NCBI GenBank assembly: GCA_014874255.1
Contig: JACWAN010000086.1
Span: 1 to 59,473 of the forward strand
Length of the DNA: 59,473 bases
Source of the DNA: Candidatus Woesearchaeota archaeon
Lineage (GTDB): Archaea > Nanobdellota > Nanobdellia > Woesearchaeales > UBA525
Direction of reading: 5' to 3'
Shown here: one piece after another, positions 57,740-59,473 of the stretch
Position numbering within the stretch: position 1 is the stretch's first letter
Layout: every line of letters starts with the position of its first letter
The notes under the pieces: generated by a model
What the model was told of the DNA's origin: nothing
Databases searched by the model: none
What the model saw: the letters and a program-made list of their open reading frames with translations, nothing else
Made by a program: the position numbers and the translations under genes

Positions 57740-58003
57740 TTAGATGATCTCCTCTTCCGCCACCACGAGGAAGTCGCCCATCGCGATCACCGCGGAGAAC
57801 GGGATCAAAGGCTCGCCGTCCTTGGACTTCTCGAGGTCGAGCTTGTCCGTGTACGGCGTCGGATTCCGCAACACCAGATGGATCAGCTCGCCGCTGGTCG
57901 TCTCGAAGATCACGTCGCCGACCTCGCCGAACCGCTTCCCGGTCTTGGAGACGACAGTCTTACCGATGATCTGTCGCGAAAGCTTCTTCTCTTCTTCAGC
58001 CAT
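57740..58003 (-). CDS. PRC-barrel domain protein (CdpB2-like)
   Basis: IIGKTVVSKTGKRFGEVGDVIFE..SGEL, IPFSAVIAMGDFLVV. Confidence 0.88.
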   Translation of the reverse strand: MAEEEKKLSRQIIGKTVVSKTGKRFGEVGDVIFETTSGELIHLVLRNPTPYTDKLDLEKSKDGEPLIPFSAVIAMGDFLVVAEEEII

Positions 58004-58147
58004 GAGCATCACCACGATTCTGCTAGAGTCGCTGACGTGCGCCGAATATTTAAATGTTTCCCTCGTCCCCGCCGGGAAAACCCACCCCCCTCCTCCACTA
58101 GATTTAAATAGTATTCCCGCCTCACCGCACAAGAGGCGTCATCTCAT

Positions 58148-59296
58148 ATGAAAAACGACCTGGACAAGGCGGTCTATTCCTATTCCACCAGCGGCGCAGG
58201 CAACGAGCTCGAGGAGGAGAACAAGCTCCTCAAGGACACGATCGAGCAGCTCCGCCTCGAAGTGGAAAAGTATAAAGCACCCGCCCTCCTGGTGGCGGAG
58301 ATCGGCGAGATCATCTGGCAGAAACAGCACCGCCACGCCATCATTAAGGTGCCGAACGGCAACCAGTTCTACGTCAACATCGGCGACGGCCTCCCGGACC
58401 TCATCCCCGGCGACTCCGTCCTCGTCGAGCAGAAGAACCTCACCATCGTCGAGAAAGTCAGCACGACGCGGAAGTTCGCGGTCGAGCAGTTCGTCATCCT
58501 GGAAAAACCGACCGTCACCTGGGAGGAGATCGGCGGCCTCCAGCAGCAGATCGAGGAGATCAAGGAAGTGATCGAGCTCCCCCTCACCAAGCCGGAGCTC
58601 TTCAAGAAGGTCGGCATCACCCCGCCGAAAGGGATCCTCCTCTACGGGCCGCCCGGCACTGGAAAAACATTGCTCGCGAAAGCGGTCGCCAACTCCACCA
58701 ACTCCACGTTCATCGAGGTCGTGGGCAGCGAACTGGTCCAGAAGTTCATCGGCGAGGGCGCGAAGCTCGTCAAGGACATCTTCGCCTTCGCCCGCGAGAA
58801 AGCGCCGAGCATCGTCTTCATCGACGAGATAGATGCGCTCGCGTCCAAGCGCGTCGACATGGGCACGTCGGGAGAGCGGGAGGTGCAGCGCACCTTCATG
58901 CAGCTGCTGGCGGAGATTGACGGCTTCAAGAACCTCGGCAACGTCAAGATCATCGGCGCCACCAATAGGAAGGACATCCTGGACGAGGCCGTGACGCGTC
59001 CGGGACGGCTGGACCGGCTCATCGAGGTGCCGAACCCGACGCTCGAGGGCATCCGCGAGATCTTCCGAATCCACACGCGGAGCATGCGCGTCGAGAAGAA
59101 GACCGATTTCGAGCAGCTCCTCAAGAAGATGGACAACTTCTCGGGCGCGGAGGTCAAGGCGGTCGTCACGGAGGCGGGCTACTTCGCCATCCGCGCGAAC
59201 CGCACCATCGTCAAGGAAGCCGACTTCTTCAAGGCGATCACCAAGGTGAAGCGCGCCGAGGAGGAGAACCGGGAATACGCGGCCATGTTCGGATGA
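58148..59296 (+). CDS. pan: Proteasome-activating nucleotidase
   Basis: Coiled coil + OB, GILLYGPPGTGKTLLAKA, IDEID, EVQRT..QLL, RPGRLDR, C-terminal HbYX-like MFG. Confidence 0.95.
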   Translation: MKNDLDKAVYSYSTSGAGNELEEENKLLKDTIEQLRLEVEKYKAPALLVAEIGEIIWQKQHRHAIIKVPNGNQFYVNIGDGLPDLIPGDSVLVEQKNLTIVEKVSTTRKFAVEQFVILEKPTVTWEEIGGLQQQIEEIKEVIELPLTKPELFKKVGITPPKGILLYGPPGTGKTLLAKAVANSTNSTFIEVVGSELVQKFIGEGAKLVKDIFAFAREKAPSIVFIDEIDALASKRVDMGTSGEREVQRTFMQLLAEIDGFKNLGNVKIIGATNRKDILDEAVTRPGRLDRLIEVPNPTLEGIREIFRIHTRSMRVEKKTDFEQLLKKMDNFSGAEVKAVVTEAGYFAIRANRTIVKEADFFKAITKVKRAEEENREYAAMFG

Positions 59297-59326
59297 GTTC
59301 TCAGCGCCGACACCACCGCCTTCAGG

Positions 59327-59460
59327 CGACGCGCTGCTGCTCCGTCGCTTCGGCTCCTGATCGACTCGTATGACCCGTCGCTCTGGCGCACGGGTTCGTC
59401 CTCGAACCCTTTGCGCCTCGGGACTCCTGGCCGTCGTCCGGATGCGTCGACCGAGTCCAG
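59327..59460. repeat. Cluster of REP-like hairpins after pan
   Basis: CGAC-TCGTATGACCC-GTCG (59362-59380), GGGTTCG-TCCT-CGAACCC; motifs shared with 33628-33680. Confidence 0.55.
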
Positions 59461-59473
59461 TGGAATCGCGTCC

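Overview
GC-rich archaeal chromosome segment, most likely DPANN (Woesearchaeota-like). The lineage call rests on the fused PriS-PriL primase, archaeal r-proteins and BRE-TATA promoters. Core genes: primase, PPDK, the S10/spc-type ribosomal superoperon through secY/DUF106/eL34/eL14, pheST, a glycosylation locus, two PRC-barrel proteins, RFC small subunit with a LAGLIDADG intein, and PAN. The accessory part (about 41.9-57 kb) holds five toxin-antitoxin pairs, a Fic gene and a giant Cys-rich surface protein. Three observations stand out. (1) Small TA/Fic cassettes are stacked behind the 3' ends of two protein-coding genes, each bounded by a displaced, partly synonymously recoded copy of the host gene's last 8-9 codons, with no integrase in the window. 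(2) A MITE with 15-bp TIRs and 9-bp TSDs has four copies, all ending exactly 15 nt upstream of a TATA-like box. (3) A family of covarying structured intergenic hairpin elements occurs in six copies. All calls were made by eye; no database searches were run.
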